Of a DNA stretch of 64,000 nt, positions 1 to 15,975 are shown piece after piece. The translations under genes were made by a program, and so were the position numbers. This DNA is from Eledone cirrhosa. Taxonomy: Eukaryota. The stretch's first letter is position 1; the number at the start of each line of letters is the position of its first letter. The stretch lies in NCBI GenBank assembly GCA_964016885.1, contig OZ024742.1, positions 191,146,001 to 191,210,000 of the forward strand, written 5' to 3'. The notes beneath the pieces were generated by a model. That model was not told where the DNA came from. It searched no databases and worked only from the letters and a program-made list of their open reading frames with translations.

Positions 1-387
1 CATACTATGTAAAGGCAACTCCAACTTTAAATAATGGGCTAGAGTGAACTACAGTTTCTGCCAATTGATTTATCTTTACATAAAAATGGATAAAGTTGTG
101 GTAAATGAACGGTCTACTAAATATTAGGAAGCACTTTTAATGATTTTTATATTCACAACCAAGATATCTGACCATATATTTTGGTTATGTTCCACCCAAT
201 ATGAGGTACATAGAGGCAAAACATAACATAACAGATATACTTTATGAAATAATCAAGGATGCAGTAAAGACTAAAGGTTGTACTATATGTAGGTGTATAT
301 TCTATTGTTCTAAATAAACATCTAATTCGAACTAGGTGATGTATATTACCAGAAAATATCAAGTTATATATCACAATCTTTTTTTTC

Positions 388-547
<160 letters not shown>

Positions 548-1199
548 CGCATGTAAGGGTATGAGTGCGCTGTGTTTCTGTATACCTGTAACAATGCCTC
601 TTTCTGCTACTCACTAAATAATAGTATTTTAAACTTTCCGTTTGCTTCTTAATACCGCTGATAAAATGTGTAAAATACATGAAAGATGGAATGCAACAGA
701 GATTTGGAAGCATTACATTTCATCTGACACGTAGCAAGAAAATAAATCTCGGGGTTTTAGAAAACATCAATATCAAAGCCCTTTATCTCAGATATATCTA
801 TGTATCCGCATCTTCAATACATCATATATAAATGTGTGTATGAATTATATGAATTTCTGAATTTAATCTGGTGTGTGCATTTGGGTAAAAATATTAATGA
901 ATGCTAGGCCTAAAGAGAAATAACTGTGGAAATTGTAATTCCTTTGTATTCTTATGACGCGCTAATATTTGTGTTAAAAATAATTCATGAAGTTGTTCGC
1001 AGAGTAATCTTGAAAAATGGATAAAATCAAGATGGAGAAATTTCGTACTGGCTTAGGATTCTCATCGGGTTTTGTAATCGGCTAAAACGTGAACGATTGT
1101 TTAAGGAATGCACACAATTGGGAAATTGCATCCCCAATTATGATGTGAAATGCGAGAGTGTTATGTATCCAACGATAGGTTGAAATTAAGTTTAGATCA

Positions 1200-1390
1200 T
1201 TTGTATATTTGTTATTGTTGAGACCTCAGGAGTACTCGGACTCCGTACTACCAAGCTCCTCCGCAAGACTGGATCGTCGGCAGCCCGCCTGGGAAAGGAG
1301 CCCCGCGTGGTAGGGTGGCTGTTGCAGCGTGTGTCACTGACCAATGTACGTGGAAACACGTTTGGTCTGTTGTCGGCGGTTTCTCTCTGA
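1200..1390 (+). pseudogene. Remnant of the C-terminal restriction-like endonuclease region of a CRE-like non-LTR retrotransposon
   Basis: The frame from 1220 reads VETSGVLGLRTTKLLRKTG...EPRVVGWLLQRVSLTNVRGNTFGLLS*. This matches the (A)VET.G.WG...FL.QR.S.A..RGNA C-terminal signature of CRE-clade elements and is homologous to 7449-7754. Confidence 0.6.
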
Positions 1391-2854
1391 GGTCCACTCC
1401 ACGGATCCTCATTGATAATGGATGTTAAATTTGAAATATTTGGGATCATTAAAATTGCTAAGGTAACGTCCAGTCGTCCTTACTCTTTTATCTCAGTTCT
1501 TTTTTTTTTCTTCATCTATTTTCTAAAATTCTTGATATTTGCACTTTTGCCACACACGCATTATCGGGCATCCGAATATATTACCTAGTTGTATCTATCT
1601 CATGTTTTTTTTTTGTTACTTTTGTAGACAAGCTTCATTAATTGTTTTCTAATAGACTATGTTCTTGGCCTTCTGAGTTTTCTTTCCCACATGTGCACAA
1701 CAAATATTTCTTATTCCCGGCGGTCAAATGGTGGATGCGATACCGCGGCCTTTGTTGCGGATGACAACTCTTATCTCAGGCGTGGGCCTATAAATATGAT
1801 ACGTATTCTTAGCATTTTATTCCTAGCAGTTTGCTCAGACTTTAATCTTAATCTGTTTCTTCTGTAATACAAATTACTAAACTTTCCCCCGTTATTTTTG
1901 TGTCCGGGAACTTAATGGGTTTCCTCTACTCTGAATTATGTGAATGGGTGATTATGGGAAAGAAAAATGTTGCAATTTTTTTGTAATTTTTCATCAATTG
2001 ATTGCTTTAGTACATTTGTTTCATTCCAGATTTCTTATCAAATCTTGGCTGAAATTAGGAATAATTGTTTGTATGTTTCCTTTAACAGGTTATTGTCCTT
2101 TATAAATATATTGAGTTTATTTAATTATTATCATCATTATTCTAAGTAGTAGTAGCAGCAGCAGTAGCAGCAACGGCACCATCAGTAGTAGTAGTAGTAG
2201 TAGTAGTAGTGTTATATGATAACCACATTAATTGGAAGATCCGGGTGAATGGCAGTGTCGGTAAAACACGAAGGAGAATTTATCACTTCAATGCAGTTAG
2301 GCTATTAATATTCCGGTCATCCACCTTAGAGTACTAGAAGATAATACGTCAAAAGTTTTATATTTCATGTTTACATCTTTGGGTTCCTGATGTTACTAAT
2401 CCAGGGAAAGGGAATTTTCTATATATACATTATTAGTATCATCATTACTACCACAATAGCCGAGTTAATAGCAAAAGAAAATTTCGTGATTAGCACATTC
2501 TATGCGAAAACACTTGTCACTGCGTCTATTGCATTATTCCATTTTAGACTCATTTAAATCAATTACAATAATGTTCGTCCAAATTTTCAAAGGAATGCCA
2601 TTGCGATTCGTGCTTTTTTTTTGTTGTCGTTTGTATCCGAAGAGAGCTACATTGGTAAATATACATAGATAGTTAAGTAGATGAATAAGTAATTCGATTG
2701 ATACGTATATAGATACAAGTACTGGAAGATAGCGTGACACATAATATATATAAAAGCAGTCTGATAAACAGATGGTTAGAAGATAGACATAGACAGATAT
2801 AATGATATGTACCTATAGATATCTATCTACAGGTGCACAGGTTTATATATATAT

Positions 2855-2919
2855 AGCTGAGGATCCGCTAAGGTGAAACAATTGTTCTTAGTATGGTCTG
2901 CTAACTGTTGTGTAACCCA

Positions 2920-2921
<2 letters not shown>
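2855..2921 (+). mobile_element. Short HHR-containing PLE-end fragment (same family as 32076-32295 and 54125-54350)
   Basis: CTGAGGA tcc gctaa ggt GAAA CAATTG TT between two (TA)n tracts. Confidence 0.7.
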
Positions 2922-2955
<34 letters not shown>

Positions 2956-2960
<5 letters not shown>

Positions 2961-3300
2961 TAAAATATCAGATTAAAGTTTAAGCAAATAATCGCTGCTT
3001 GCACCCTTAACGGGATATTCTGAAACTAACAAAGTCAATCTGTAAACGCAGAAGTGGATATTTCAAAAAACGTTGCAACCGGAGGAAGACAGGAAGACGA
3101 TACTTTGGTTCGTGGAAACGTTCGGTGGCAAAGAACGGGAAAAAACGAATATACTACGTCATTAATAGGAGCAGTGAAAAATAATTACGCACACAGACAG
3201 AACCACGTTTATGGTATAAAAGAGGTCGTAGACTAATGTTCTCTTAGGTGTTTCATAGATACGTTCTGTGGCAATGAACGAAAAAAACGAAGCTAATACG

Positions 3301-3302
<2 letters not shown>
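2956..3302 (-). mobile_element. Single-arm copy of the family that forms the 36648-37362 fold-back element
   Basis: Near-identical to 36735-36957 and to the reverse complement of 37030-37360; flanked by (TA)n. A diverged copy lies at about 14310-14500. Confidence 0.8.
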
Positions 3303-3386
<84 letters not shown>

Positions 3387-3740
3387 GTTTATTTATTTAT
3401 TTATTTCCATACAGATGGCTGCTCTAAACTATTGGCAAAATTGTAGTTGGGTATGTTTTGTCAACACCGTGTGTGACAGAAAAATATAGTGAGGCAATTT
3501 TCAAACCGTTTCTTCCCAAACAAATCTATTATACGTGAACGTGAATTTTATTATAAACTAGACCATCCGTAACCCGTTAGGTCACGTTCAAATCAAAATG
3601 TTTAAAAAAAACTTTTGTTGACTTAAAAATAATTTTGAATAATCAAAATATGCACAGACATATATATAATGTAAAATGAAACTGGAAGACCCATACACAT
3701 ACGTGTGTGTATGTATATATATAAATGTGTGTGTGTATAA

Positions 3741-3808
<68 letters not shown>

Positions 3809-3920
3809 ATGTTGAAAAGGTAACACACCAGAGAGAGATATACAGTGCGTTATCAATAAAACAAGGAGAAAAACCCACCAGTGTAGGGAATAGCGAGGGC
3901 CTATGCCTCCGTTAATTTAT

Positions 3921-3980
<60 letters not shown>

Positions 3981-4041
3981 GTGTTTGTGATCTATATACA
4001 CTGGTCATAGACACACACGCATATAAATATATACACACACA

Positions 4042-4099
<58 letters not shown>

Positions 4100-4589
4100 A
4101 CAACACCACCAGGTCTCTCTCTCTTCCTTTCTCCTTCTCTGTCTCTGTCTCCTCAACCTTCCTCTATGATATCTCTTGTTCAATCCAATCTCTCCCAACC
4201 ACTCTCTCTTTCTCTCTATCTTTCTCTCTTTCTGTTTATGAAGGTACCTGGAAAAAATCCCCATAACTCGGGAAGCTGTGCTCCGATTTACGCGAAACTT
4301 GTTTTTATTCCATTTGTATCACCATTTCAGGGTCAACTTCCTTTCAAAGTATTTTCCCATTTGACACTATTATGTTACAGACAAGCAAGCAAGCAAGCAA
4401 GCAATCACAGAGTTTTAGTAGTATATAGATAGATATTATTGCATTATTGTTCTGGATCTTTACGCTCTGATTTCCAATGCTATCAATCTCAACTTTGACT
4501 TTCAGGTTTCCAAGATCGATAAACTCAACATCTTTTCCCCGTTATTTGCAGGCCTTATTCCTAGATTAGGAAACATTTTATAAGGGTTG

Positions 4590-5995
4590 TTGGTTCGTAG
4601 AATCGTTAGACCGCTGATCAAATGGCTTGCGGTATTCATTCAAGGTATTTACATATTAGCTCATATTCCAAAAGGATCGTTAAAATAAAGTATCTAACAT
4701 GGGCTGGAATCGATTTAAAAAGACTTCTCGTTCTCAAAATTGCTGGCCTTGTGCCTAAATCAGAAAGCATTATTATTATTATTATTAATATTCCCGTGTG
4801 GAAATGCCAGTATCGGTGGATCGTCGGAAACATGCATTGCAGTATAGAGTTACGGCACTTTACGGTTTGAGTTCAAATCCCGACGATGTTAGCATTGCCT
4901 TTCATCCATACAGCGTCGATGAAATACACTACCAGTAATATACTGGAGTCGATTTCATCGATATCCCTCTCCCCCCCAAAAAATTGCTGGCCTTGTGCCT
5001 AAATTAGAAACCATTATTATTATTATTATTATGGGCGGAGGATTGGCAGTATCGGTAGAGGGTCGGACGCCATGCTTTCCAGTATATTTACGTCCCTTTA
5101 CGATCTGAGTTCAAATCCCGCCGAGGTTGACTTTGCCTTTCATCCTTACGGGGTCGATAAAATAAAGTACCAGTAATGCACTGAGTAATTGCTGGCCTAA
5201 AGTAGAAACAATTATTATTATTATTATGGATAGGCAGAATCGTTAGAGCGTCAGACAAATGTTTTGTTGTGTTTGTTGTGAGTTTTTACATTGAGTTTTC
5301 AAATATCACCGATGTCAACGTTCACCGTCTTCCATTCGGGGTAAACAAATAAAAATAAAGCACAAATAAAGTACTAAGGTCGATTTAATTGAGATCTTCC
5401 AATTGCTGGCATCGTGACAAAACTAAAACTCAGTATTAGGGCCGTGGATTGGCAGTATTGGTAGAGGATCGGATGCCATACTTTGCAGCATAGCGTTACG
5501 GCCCTTTTATGATCTGAGTTCAAATCCCGCCGAAGATACCTTTGCCTTTCATCCTTACGGTGTCGATACAATAAAGTACCAGTCACGCACTGGAGTCGAT
5601 TTAATCGACTCCAAAAAAAAAAAAAAAAAAAAATTACTGGCTTTATGCCTTTACTAGAAATCATTGCCGAGGTTAACTTTGCTTTTCATCCTTACGGTGT
5701 CGATAGAATAAAGTACCAGTAATGCACTGGAATAATTGCTGGCCTTGTGCCTAAAGTAGAAACAATTAGTAGTAGTAGTATAAAATGAGGCACTAGTAAC
5801 GCACTATGGTCGATGTAATCGACTTTCTCTTCCGCCCAAAATTGTTTCATTTTGTCCAAACCAGAAACTGCACAAGGCCAGCAAATTAACCAGTGCATTA
5901 CTGGTACTTTATTTTATCGACCCCGTAAGGATGAAAGTACCAGTAATGCACTGGGTAATTGCTGGCCTTGTGCCTAAAGTAGAAACAATTATTGT
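4590..5995 (+). mobile_element. Tandem cluster of about 7 full or partial tRNA-derived SINE copies
   Basis: Repeated A-box-like TGGCAGTATCGGT, B-box GAGTTCAAATCCC, central TTGCCTTTCATCCTTACGGGGTCGATAAAATAAAGTACCAG (Deu/Nin-domain-like) and a 3' GCTGGCCTTGTGCCTAAAGTAGAAAC-(ATT)n tail. An inverted partial pair lies at 5871-5995. Confidence 0.85.
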
Positions 5996-7448
5996 TAATA
6001 GTAGAATTAGAAACAACAGCATTATCGTTTTTTTTTTACTAACGCTTTTTTACTATTGTCTTTTGTTGGGAAATGAACGGATTAAATACACCATCATTAG
6101 TATAACTAATACTGCTGCTATTACTACTACTACTACTCCTAATACTACAACTATCAACCCCACGATTATTATTACTACTATAATTACCACCGTCATTACC
6201 ATTATTAAGTTGACTGGTTAAGGAAATGATTTTAATTCAATGAAATTGTTGAGCTGTGAAGTGAGAAGTTTTATCAAATTAAAACTGCAATCTTTTCAAT
6301 AATTGCTATTTTCGTCCCAATTCCCTCAACTTTTACTGCTGTAATTCAACCATCCAAAATGAATCATCATCTGCTTGCTAATTCAGAAATCTTTAAATAA
6401 ACATTTTCAAAAATATCATAGATTATTTACGGAATTATAGATTCGTTAGCGTTTAAGTTGATTTGCTTGATTTTTTGTTCTCTGTTCTCTCCAATAAAAT
6501 TGTTTTTCCTTTATCTTTTCACATTTTATTTCGTCTCTCTTTCTGTCGAAACTCCACAATATATCTGCTGCATTTTTTGAATTGGTGGACCACCATCTTT
6601 AATTGAAATTAATTCTGATCTTGACTTTGGAATTTACTATCATTGAGCATTCACATATCTTCTCTCTCTATCATTTATACCGCAACTGCAACTGCCTTCG
6701 CTCATAGATACTAGCTACTGATGTACGACCTCTCTTCCAAACAATTTGTACTTGCTCTTCTCTCTACTACCGTTCCTCAATGTTATGTCAATCATTCCAA
6801 ATCTCCGAACTAACCACTACACACGGTTCATAATGTATAGAACATTTTACTAAAGGAATTTTCTTCCTGATTATGTCTGTTCTGCAGCCATCGATTTACA
6901 AGTGTTTAAGCAGAAAAAATATGTTATTAATTTTATTGTTCACGGAAGGCACCTTCATTTGAAATTAGCCAGTAGATGATACATAGATGCCTGTCTGAAA
7001 CTACTAATGTCTCATTCTTTATGAAATAGTTCCGACAAATGTAAGAGAGAAAACTAACTCTTACCGCTACCATTCCTTTCTTGGGATCTCTTAATCCCTG
7101 GAAAACCTGGAATTATGGCTCCTCCAAAAGTATCATCAAAGATTTGCCCATATATATAAACATTGAACATATGAGTTTCTTTTTTAATAACACAAGGGTT
7201 GGGGAAACAAGTGTTATACTATTAGATAATCTCTTTCAGTTAAGAAATTATCATATATATAATTTTGTGTATTTTGTTTAGTATTTAAATAATTCAAAAG
7301 TATTTTTTAATATACAATTGTATATAGAATGGATGACTATAAATAATTAGAGAAACCACAACAAATAGTTAAAAACGGTAAAAGAGGGGAAAAGTGAGAG
7401 TTCTGGGGCCACAGAAGGATGGGAAGGAGAAGGGGGAAGGTGATGAGT

Positions 7449-7754
7449 TCAGGGACTAGGGTGCGGCATTTTGAGGCTGAGCCGCGCGGAAAAGACTGCA
7501 AAAGCATTTCCGTAGACAAAGTCCAGCGATACCCGCAGCAAAAGCCACCCGACGTCACTGGGCTTCTTCCTGAGATGAGGTACTGGAGTTCCGATCATGT
7601 GGCAGAACTCGGCAGTACGGGATTTGAGTACGCCTGAGTTCTCGATGGTGACTGGTACGAAGAAGAAGTGGCCGGAACATCTCCGATAATTGGTTTGTCT
7701 TCCTTTCCTCTGCAGTGCTGGCCACGGTACGGGGTTCATGGCTGAAGCAACCAA
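7449..7754 (-). pseudogene. Second CRE-like restriction-like endonuclease remnant
   Basis: ORF reads FFFVPVTIENSGVLKSRT...KKPSDVGWLLLRVSLDFVYGNAFAVFS, aligning with the 1200-1390 remnant. Confidence 0.6.
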
Positions 7755-8308
7755 GTTAGATGCAGATAACGTGTCACAATGTAGCTTATCATAAATACCA
7801 CATTGTAAAATCCAACGTTATCATCTGGAATCTGGAATCACGCTTAGAAATGACTAAATTCTATGTCATTCATTGTATTTCACTATATCACAGTCCGGTT
7901 ATAAAGATTACTATTGCAAATAAATTCAATGAGATATTATACTGATACAAAACACGTAAACACAAATATATGATATACAAACAACAACACTATTAACCTG
8001 AGTGTCTAGAGCATAATTTATAAATTTATTTAAATATATGCAAATAATGCTTTACGATAAAAGAAATTGGGTACAGATATGAAAATTGATATTTGGTTAG
8101 TTTAATGTTAAATACATTAAAACATAATATTTATCAATTACTTAGATATCGATTATCAATACTCACCTATAAACGGGCGGACGCACGCGCACAAAAATAA
8201 ATACACACTCATAAATAAATGCATGCAACACCCTGCATATACATATATATATATATATATACATACATATATATATATACATATATAAATATATACATAC
8301 GTATATAT

Positions 8309-8360
<52 letters not shown>

Positions 8361-8882
8361 TGGCTGCCAACTCGTTTTCGAGTACGGCCACTACTTTATA
8401 TCCATGTAGGAGAACCCCTACCGAAGCGCTGAACGAGTGTGACTTTTTAGTCCAGCCAGTGACTTGAAAACTCTGGTACAAACACTACACTTGTGACAAT
8501 TATTGACACATAGTGATGGGCCCATGGTACCATGTGACGACAAGTGAAGAGAGATCTCCAGATATAAAGCAATGCCTGTGCCGTGAAGCTTTTATAGTGA
8601 GCAAAGGCACTGCACAAAGCCAGTCCCACTCTCTTAACCAAGATGATATTTACCAAAAAGAAGAACAAGTTGCAGGTGTTATATCAGAAGAACAGGGTTG
8701 CAGGTGTTATATCAGAGTTTTCTTTCTCCTCGAATTCATACATATGTGTGTGTGAACAGAGAACTTGACCTTTGAGGCTTAGCTAGCTTCTCTTTAGGTA
8801 TAATATGTTACTGTAAACACACTTTCTACTCTTTCACATACATACAGACACACATATATATATATATATGTCTGTATGTACG

Positions 8883-8955
<73 letters not shown>

Positions 8956-9428
8956 GCGTGCATGTAAATTTTTTTATATATATGTATGTACATATGTATT
9001 TTTGTCTTTCCGATTCAATAGGATACGCTTCATAGTAATGGAACAATGGAGAGATCAATCGCCTATCAGACATTACGGTTTGGACACGGAAAAGGAAAGA
9101 ATTTGTTTACAACAACATAATTTACGGATAATTGAGAGTATGAGATCTAATGTGCACCGAATACGTCTTCTTTTTAAATTTTTATATAAGGTATCCGATA
9201 TTGAAACACAAACAGGAGAAACCAGCCCGCGAAGCTAATTATAAAGTATTTCAGGCATTGAAAACAGTGTCTATGATAATAAAAGGTGTTTTTCTGTAAG
9301 AAGAAACCACAGAATATACATGGCAAACTAGTGTGCGAGTATAGAAATATATGTATGTATATATATGTGTGTGTATGTGTCTCTCTCTCTATATATATAT
9401 ATATATACATATGTGAGCGTGTATGTGC

Positions 9429-9498
<70 letters not shown>

Positions 9499-10206
9499 GC
9501 ACACACATATACACATATCTAATTTAGTCCAGAAATACCCGTCGAAACGGCTTGAGCTCTGCCGTCGGTGTCATACTTTTTCCTATATATATATATATAT
9601 ATATATATTTACATATATATGTATTATAAATATAATATAATTATAGAATCAGAAAAGTTGAATGGTTGAATTAGTGTGATAACAGCTTCTACAGATATTT
9701 ATTTATGTATTCATTGAACGTTAGTTCTGCATCAGTGTCTAAACTGAAAGACTAACTAGAGAGTGTTGCACACTGAAAAACACTATATTCATAAATATTT
9801 ATTCAAACATTATTCTCGTACTCATTATGCGTATATCTGTCTCAGAGTCCACCCATTCTCTGTAGGAGTACATATAATGCGCACGTATACCCACGCACAT
9901 ACACACACACACACATATATGTACACAGATATATGTATATGTATATGTATATATAGAGAGATATAAAGAGTGAAATATATGTACATACAGGCTGTCCCAC
10001 AGAAATGTACACAAACTTTGATTAGAATGTTGTTGAAGTGTGTACACATTTTCGCGGACACCCTGTATATACATTTATATACATGTATATACATGTATAT
10101 ACATATATAGAAATATACACACAAATACATACATATATATATATAAATATATATATATATACATGTACATATATATATACACATATATACATATATATAT
10201 ATATAC

Positions 10207-10299
<93 letters not shown>

Positions 10300-10422
10300 T
10301 ACATATATATATATATACATATGTATACATATACGCATAAAAAATGTATATATACACATATATATATGTATATATACATATATATATATACATATATACA
10401 TATATACATATATATATATATG

Positions 10423-10476
<54 letters not shown>

Positions 10477-10493
10477 AATATATATATATCCAA

Positions 10494-10830
10494 TATTAAT
10501 AAATGGAAACTATATTTATAAAACCATATTTATTTCATTATATATATTTCAAGGATACCAAGTTAAATCATGGTATGCCTTCATCAGACAAAATACAATA
10601 TATAACAGTTTTACAAATAAAACTGTTATATATTGTATTGTGTCTAATAAAGGCATACCATGATTTAACTTGGTATCCTTGAAAATATATAATGAAATAA
10701 ATATGGTTTTATAAATATAGTTTCCATTTATTAATACTGTATATCTACTCCAAATATTTGTCGAGTGCTTTATATCAGTTATAATAATATTTGCTTGTTG
10801 TATCCCAACATTTTAAATTGAACTTTTGCA
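10494..10830. mobile_element. Fold-back element A (arms 10494-10613 and 10618-10736, tail to about 10830) in (TA)n
   Basis: Near-perfect inverted repeat; related single-arm copy at about 39200-39310. Confidence 0.85.
10533..10593 (-). ncRNA. Type I hammerhead ribozyme
   Basis: Reverse complement: ttttgt CTGATGA AGG CATACCA-loop-TGGTAT CCTT GAAA TATAT ATA atgaaa. The copy in the other arm has a broken core (CTAATAA at 10644). Confidence 0.7.
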
Positions 10831-10842
10831 TATATATATATC

Positions 10843-10881
<39 letters not shown>

Positions 10882-10888
<7 letters not shown>

Positions 10889-11168
10889 TAAGAGGAATTC
10901 CAACTTTGTCTGATTTACTCGTTTTATTTACAATCCTTTAAAATATATATAATGGTATTATAATGAAATAGTATGATAGAATATTAAATTCTAAGTGTTA
11001 ATTAACACTTAGAATTTAATATTCTATCATACTATTTCATTATAATACCATTATATATATTTTAAAGGATTGTAAATAAAACGAGTAAATCAGACAAAGT
11101 TGGAATTCCTCTTATTAATATAATCTTCTATACACAATCATACACACCCGTGTATATTTACCTATCTA
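10882..11168. mobile_element. Fold-back element B: perfect 240-bp palindrome (centre 11001/11002) plus tail, derived from the 3' end of the PLE at 56497-57970
   Basis: Right arm and tail match 57796-57965 almost base for base. Confidence 0.9.
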
Positions 11169-11232
11169 TATCTATATATATATATATATATATATCTATG
11201 TATATATATATATATACATATACATACTTACA

Positions 11233-11266
<34 letters not shown>

Positions 11267-11269
<3 letters not shown>

Positions 11270-11617
11270 AAAGAGATGAAATCCAAAATGCAACTGAAGT
11301 CTTATTTTTTTTAAAAATATATATATTTATTTGGTTCCTTTACCGGTTTCGCAGTTCTTCTGCTTTTCAAAAGGTGAGTTGAGATGGAGGGTCTGTGGTT
11401 TTTCTCACATCAGATGTGAGAAAAACCACAGACCCTCCATCTCAACTCACCTTTTGAAAAGCAGAAGAACTGCGAAACCGGTAAAGGAACCAAATAAATA
11501 TATATATTTAAAAAAAAAATAAGACTTCAGTTGCATTTTCGATTTCATCTCTTTATCTTTATACTTTCACTCGTGTAGGACACCTCGGTTATTTTTCATT
11601 TTGTAAAATGAACTCAC

Positions 11618-11624
<7 letters not shown>
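11267..11624. mobile_element. Fold-back element C (centre 11412, tail 11555-11624)
   Basis: Arms of about 145 bp; same family at 16577-16937, 39401-39615 and 42766-42897. Confidence 0.9.
11450..11487 (+). ncRNA. Minimal type I HHR with U3-A8 core; mirrored at about 11337-11374 (-)
   Basis: cctt TTGAAAA GCAG aagaa CTGC GAAA CCG GTA aagg; stem III is the palindrome ACCGGT. Confidence 0.7.
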
Positions 11625-11680
<56 letters not shown>

Positions 11681-11828
11681 TATATTATTAGGTTATGCAA
11701 GAAATGGTTAGGATTATTCTGAAGGCAGTAATAGTTAATTACTTCACTGGATAGAGTCGACGTATGGTGAGGGGTTACTCAACGAGTTATAAAAGAACAG
11801 TTAAAGAAATTCGGTATATGTATATATA

Positions 11829-11898
<70 letters not shown>

Positions 11899-11924
11899 GT
11901 ATGTATATGTATATATATGTATAT

Positions 11925-12009
<85 letters not shown>

Positions 12010-12036
12010 CGTTCACATAGATTGTCACACACACAA

Positions 12037-12147
<111 letters not shown>

Positions 12148-12708
12148 ACTATGTCGATTTCGTCTATATGTATGTGTGTTTGTATGTATCTAACAGCTAA
12201 CGAACTGTCAATTATGGAAAAATATCTATTTCTCAACTCTAATTAATAAGAGAAAAATACTGATGGAGAAAAACAAACAAATACAAAATACAATAAAAAA
12301 AATACACGCTACGACAAAAACGACAAAAATATAATTAATAATTTTGAAAAGCATGGATGAGTTTTAATTTAATTAATTGTTAAAGTATTAATCGATTTTA
12401 CATCTGTCGCCTCGGTAAATTTATTTTCACTCAGTATTTAATTTTTACACATACACAATAATGCGTTACGTCATTATCCTCTAAATATAAAATATTGGAT
12501 GTAAGCCACAAAAAAATTAATTTCGTTTTATCTGGTAGCACAACGATAATGTCGCTCTATATATTTTCTTTCGTGCCTTCTAACGATATAGAGAACAATA
12601 CGAATACAATCGATATTGTAAATAAAACATACCTAAAATAACCCAAACGTGACACTGCCATTAACACAAAATTTATATATGATATGATATATAATTATAA
12701 TATATATA

Positions 12709-12793
<85 letters not shown>

Positions 12794-12918
12794 TTTGAAA
12801 TGCGCATAATAAAAACATGGAACTCATTTAACCATCTTTTGATCTTTTGAATTGTAGAGTGCTTCTTATCCGATATCTGCATTGCTTTATTGTACTACAA
12901 TAAAACTCACCTCCTACA

Positions 12919-13807
<889 letters not shown>

Positions 13808-13870
13808 TATATATAATATATATATATATACATAAATATTACATTTTATTATATTATATATATATATATA

Positions 13871-14055
13871 TTGGTGCATGGCAGTATCGGTAGAGGGTCA
13901 GACGCCATGCTTTGCACCACAGTTACGTCCCTTTCCGAACTGAGTTCAAATCCCGCCAAGGTTAACTTTGCCTTTCATCCTTACAGGGTCGATAAAATAA
14001 AGTACCAGTAATGTACTGTATAATTCCTGGCCTTGTGCCAAAAGTAGAAATAATT
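13871..14055 (+). mobile_element. tRNA-derived SINE copy
   Basis: Same A/B boxes, central domain and tail as the 4590-5995 copies. Confidence 0.85.
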
Positions 14056-14096
14056 ATATATATATATAATTATATTTATATAATTATATGTATATA

Positions 14097-15172
14097 TCTA
14101 CTATATGAATTGGAAGTGGTCGGATGTTGTATATTTAAGTAAGTAGGTTTAGTCGGATAAACGTCGAAACGGCTTGAAGCAATGCAGCGAAAATTTACAC
14201 AGTTATGCAGAATGAGCCAAGGAGGCGTTAGATCGACTTTTAGGTTACAAGCTTCCATGGTTACGGAGAAAATCGCTGAAACATGAATTTCCCATTCAAA
14301 TTGAACTGAGAGTAATCTGTGAACGCAGAAGTAAATATTTCGAGAAACGTTGCAACCGAACGAAAACAGGAAGACGATATTTTGGTTCGTGAAAAAAAGC
14401 GAGGATAATACGTAGTTATGTGGAGCGAGAAAGAACAATTTCATGCAGAGACAAGACCAAGTTTATGGTATAAAGCGAGTCGTCAGACTAATATTCTATT
14501 TAACATAACAGAATGATTTTCCAGCCCCGGAGTTTAAGAATGATGTAAATAAAATTGAAAACGAAAATGACAGAGGTTATTAAAATAGTAAAAGTAAATA
14601 GTGAAGATTTAGGCCAGTACATACATATGCCTCGACGGACTTGCACGTACATACGCACACACAAATACATACCACCCTCCCCCACACACACACAAACAAA
14701 CAAACACACACAAACACACACACACGAGCGCGCGCGTGTATAAACCTTATACATTTCTACAGTATTTTCACCAAACTTAAGACATAGGTTACTTATGTAC
14801 ACCGGGTGGTCATGGGCACTTTCATTTTTCCAGATATTGATTATAGGGCCTCCCGGCAGATAGCCCCCTTTATCCACTTCCTTGGAGTCGACTGAAGAAC
14901 TGCAGTGCAATGTAACAAAACGTCATAACTTCTGGAGTTCGCAACCGATTTTCACAAAAGTTGACACATGGGCTACGTTTGTCCTACAGATGAATGGGAA
15001 CTCTCAGAATTGACACATATTGAGTAGGGGACCCTTGGCGGCAGGAACCCTCTTTTGGAAAAAGACGATGATTTTGTAAATGTATAGCTTTCGAAGTAGC
15101 ACTGAAGTATTGACATAAATGGTATACACAACTGCTATTTAATAACCGAAAAACGCCGGGTTCCTCTGCTAG
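14097..15172 (+). mobile_element. Probable non-autonomous Helitron-like element
   Basis: 5' A|TCTACTATAT and 3' ...ACCGAAAAACGCCGGGTTCCTCTG-CTAG|T, i.e. a subterminal hairpin plus a CTRR end inserted between A and T. Confidence 0.45.
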
Positions 15173-15346
15173 TAATATATATACATATAATTATATATAT
15201 ATATATATATATATATAAATATTATATTATATTATATATATGTATAAATATATTTATATATATATAATATATATACATATAATTATATATATATATATAT
15301 GTATATATATAAAATAATGTATATATATATTACATATATATATATA

Positions 15347-15922
<576 letters not shown>

Positions 15923-15927
15923 CACAT

Positions 15928-15975
<48 letters not shown>

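Noticed and set aside
5033-5125. tRNA gene
   Set aside because: A/B boxes are present, but there is no cloverleaf and it is always fused to the SINE body and tail
6230-7150. Possible decayed APE-endonuclease LINE fragment on the minus strand
   Set aside because: No continuous frame or diagnostic motif could be reconstructed by eye
10882-11121. Assembly artefact explanation for all palindromes
   Set aside because: Many arms are diverged, and ends and fold points recur between independent copies. It cannot be excluded for the few perfect ones without reads.
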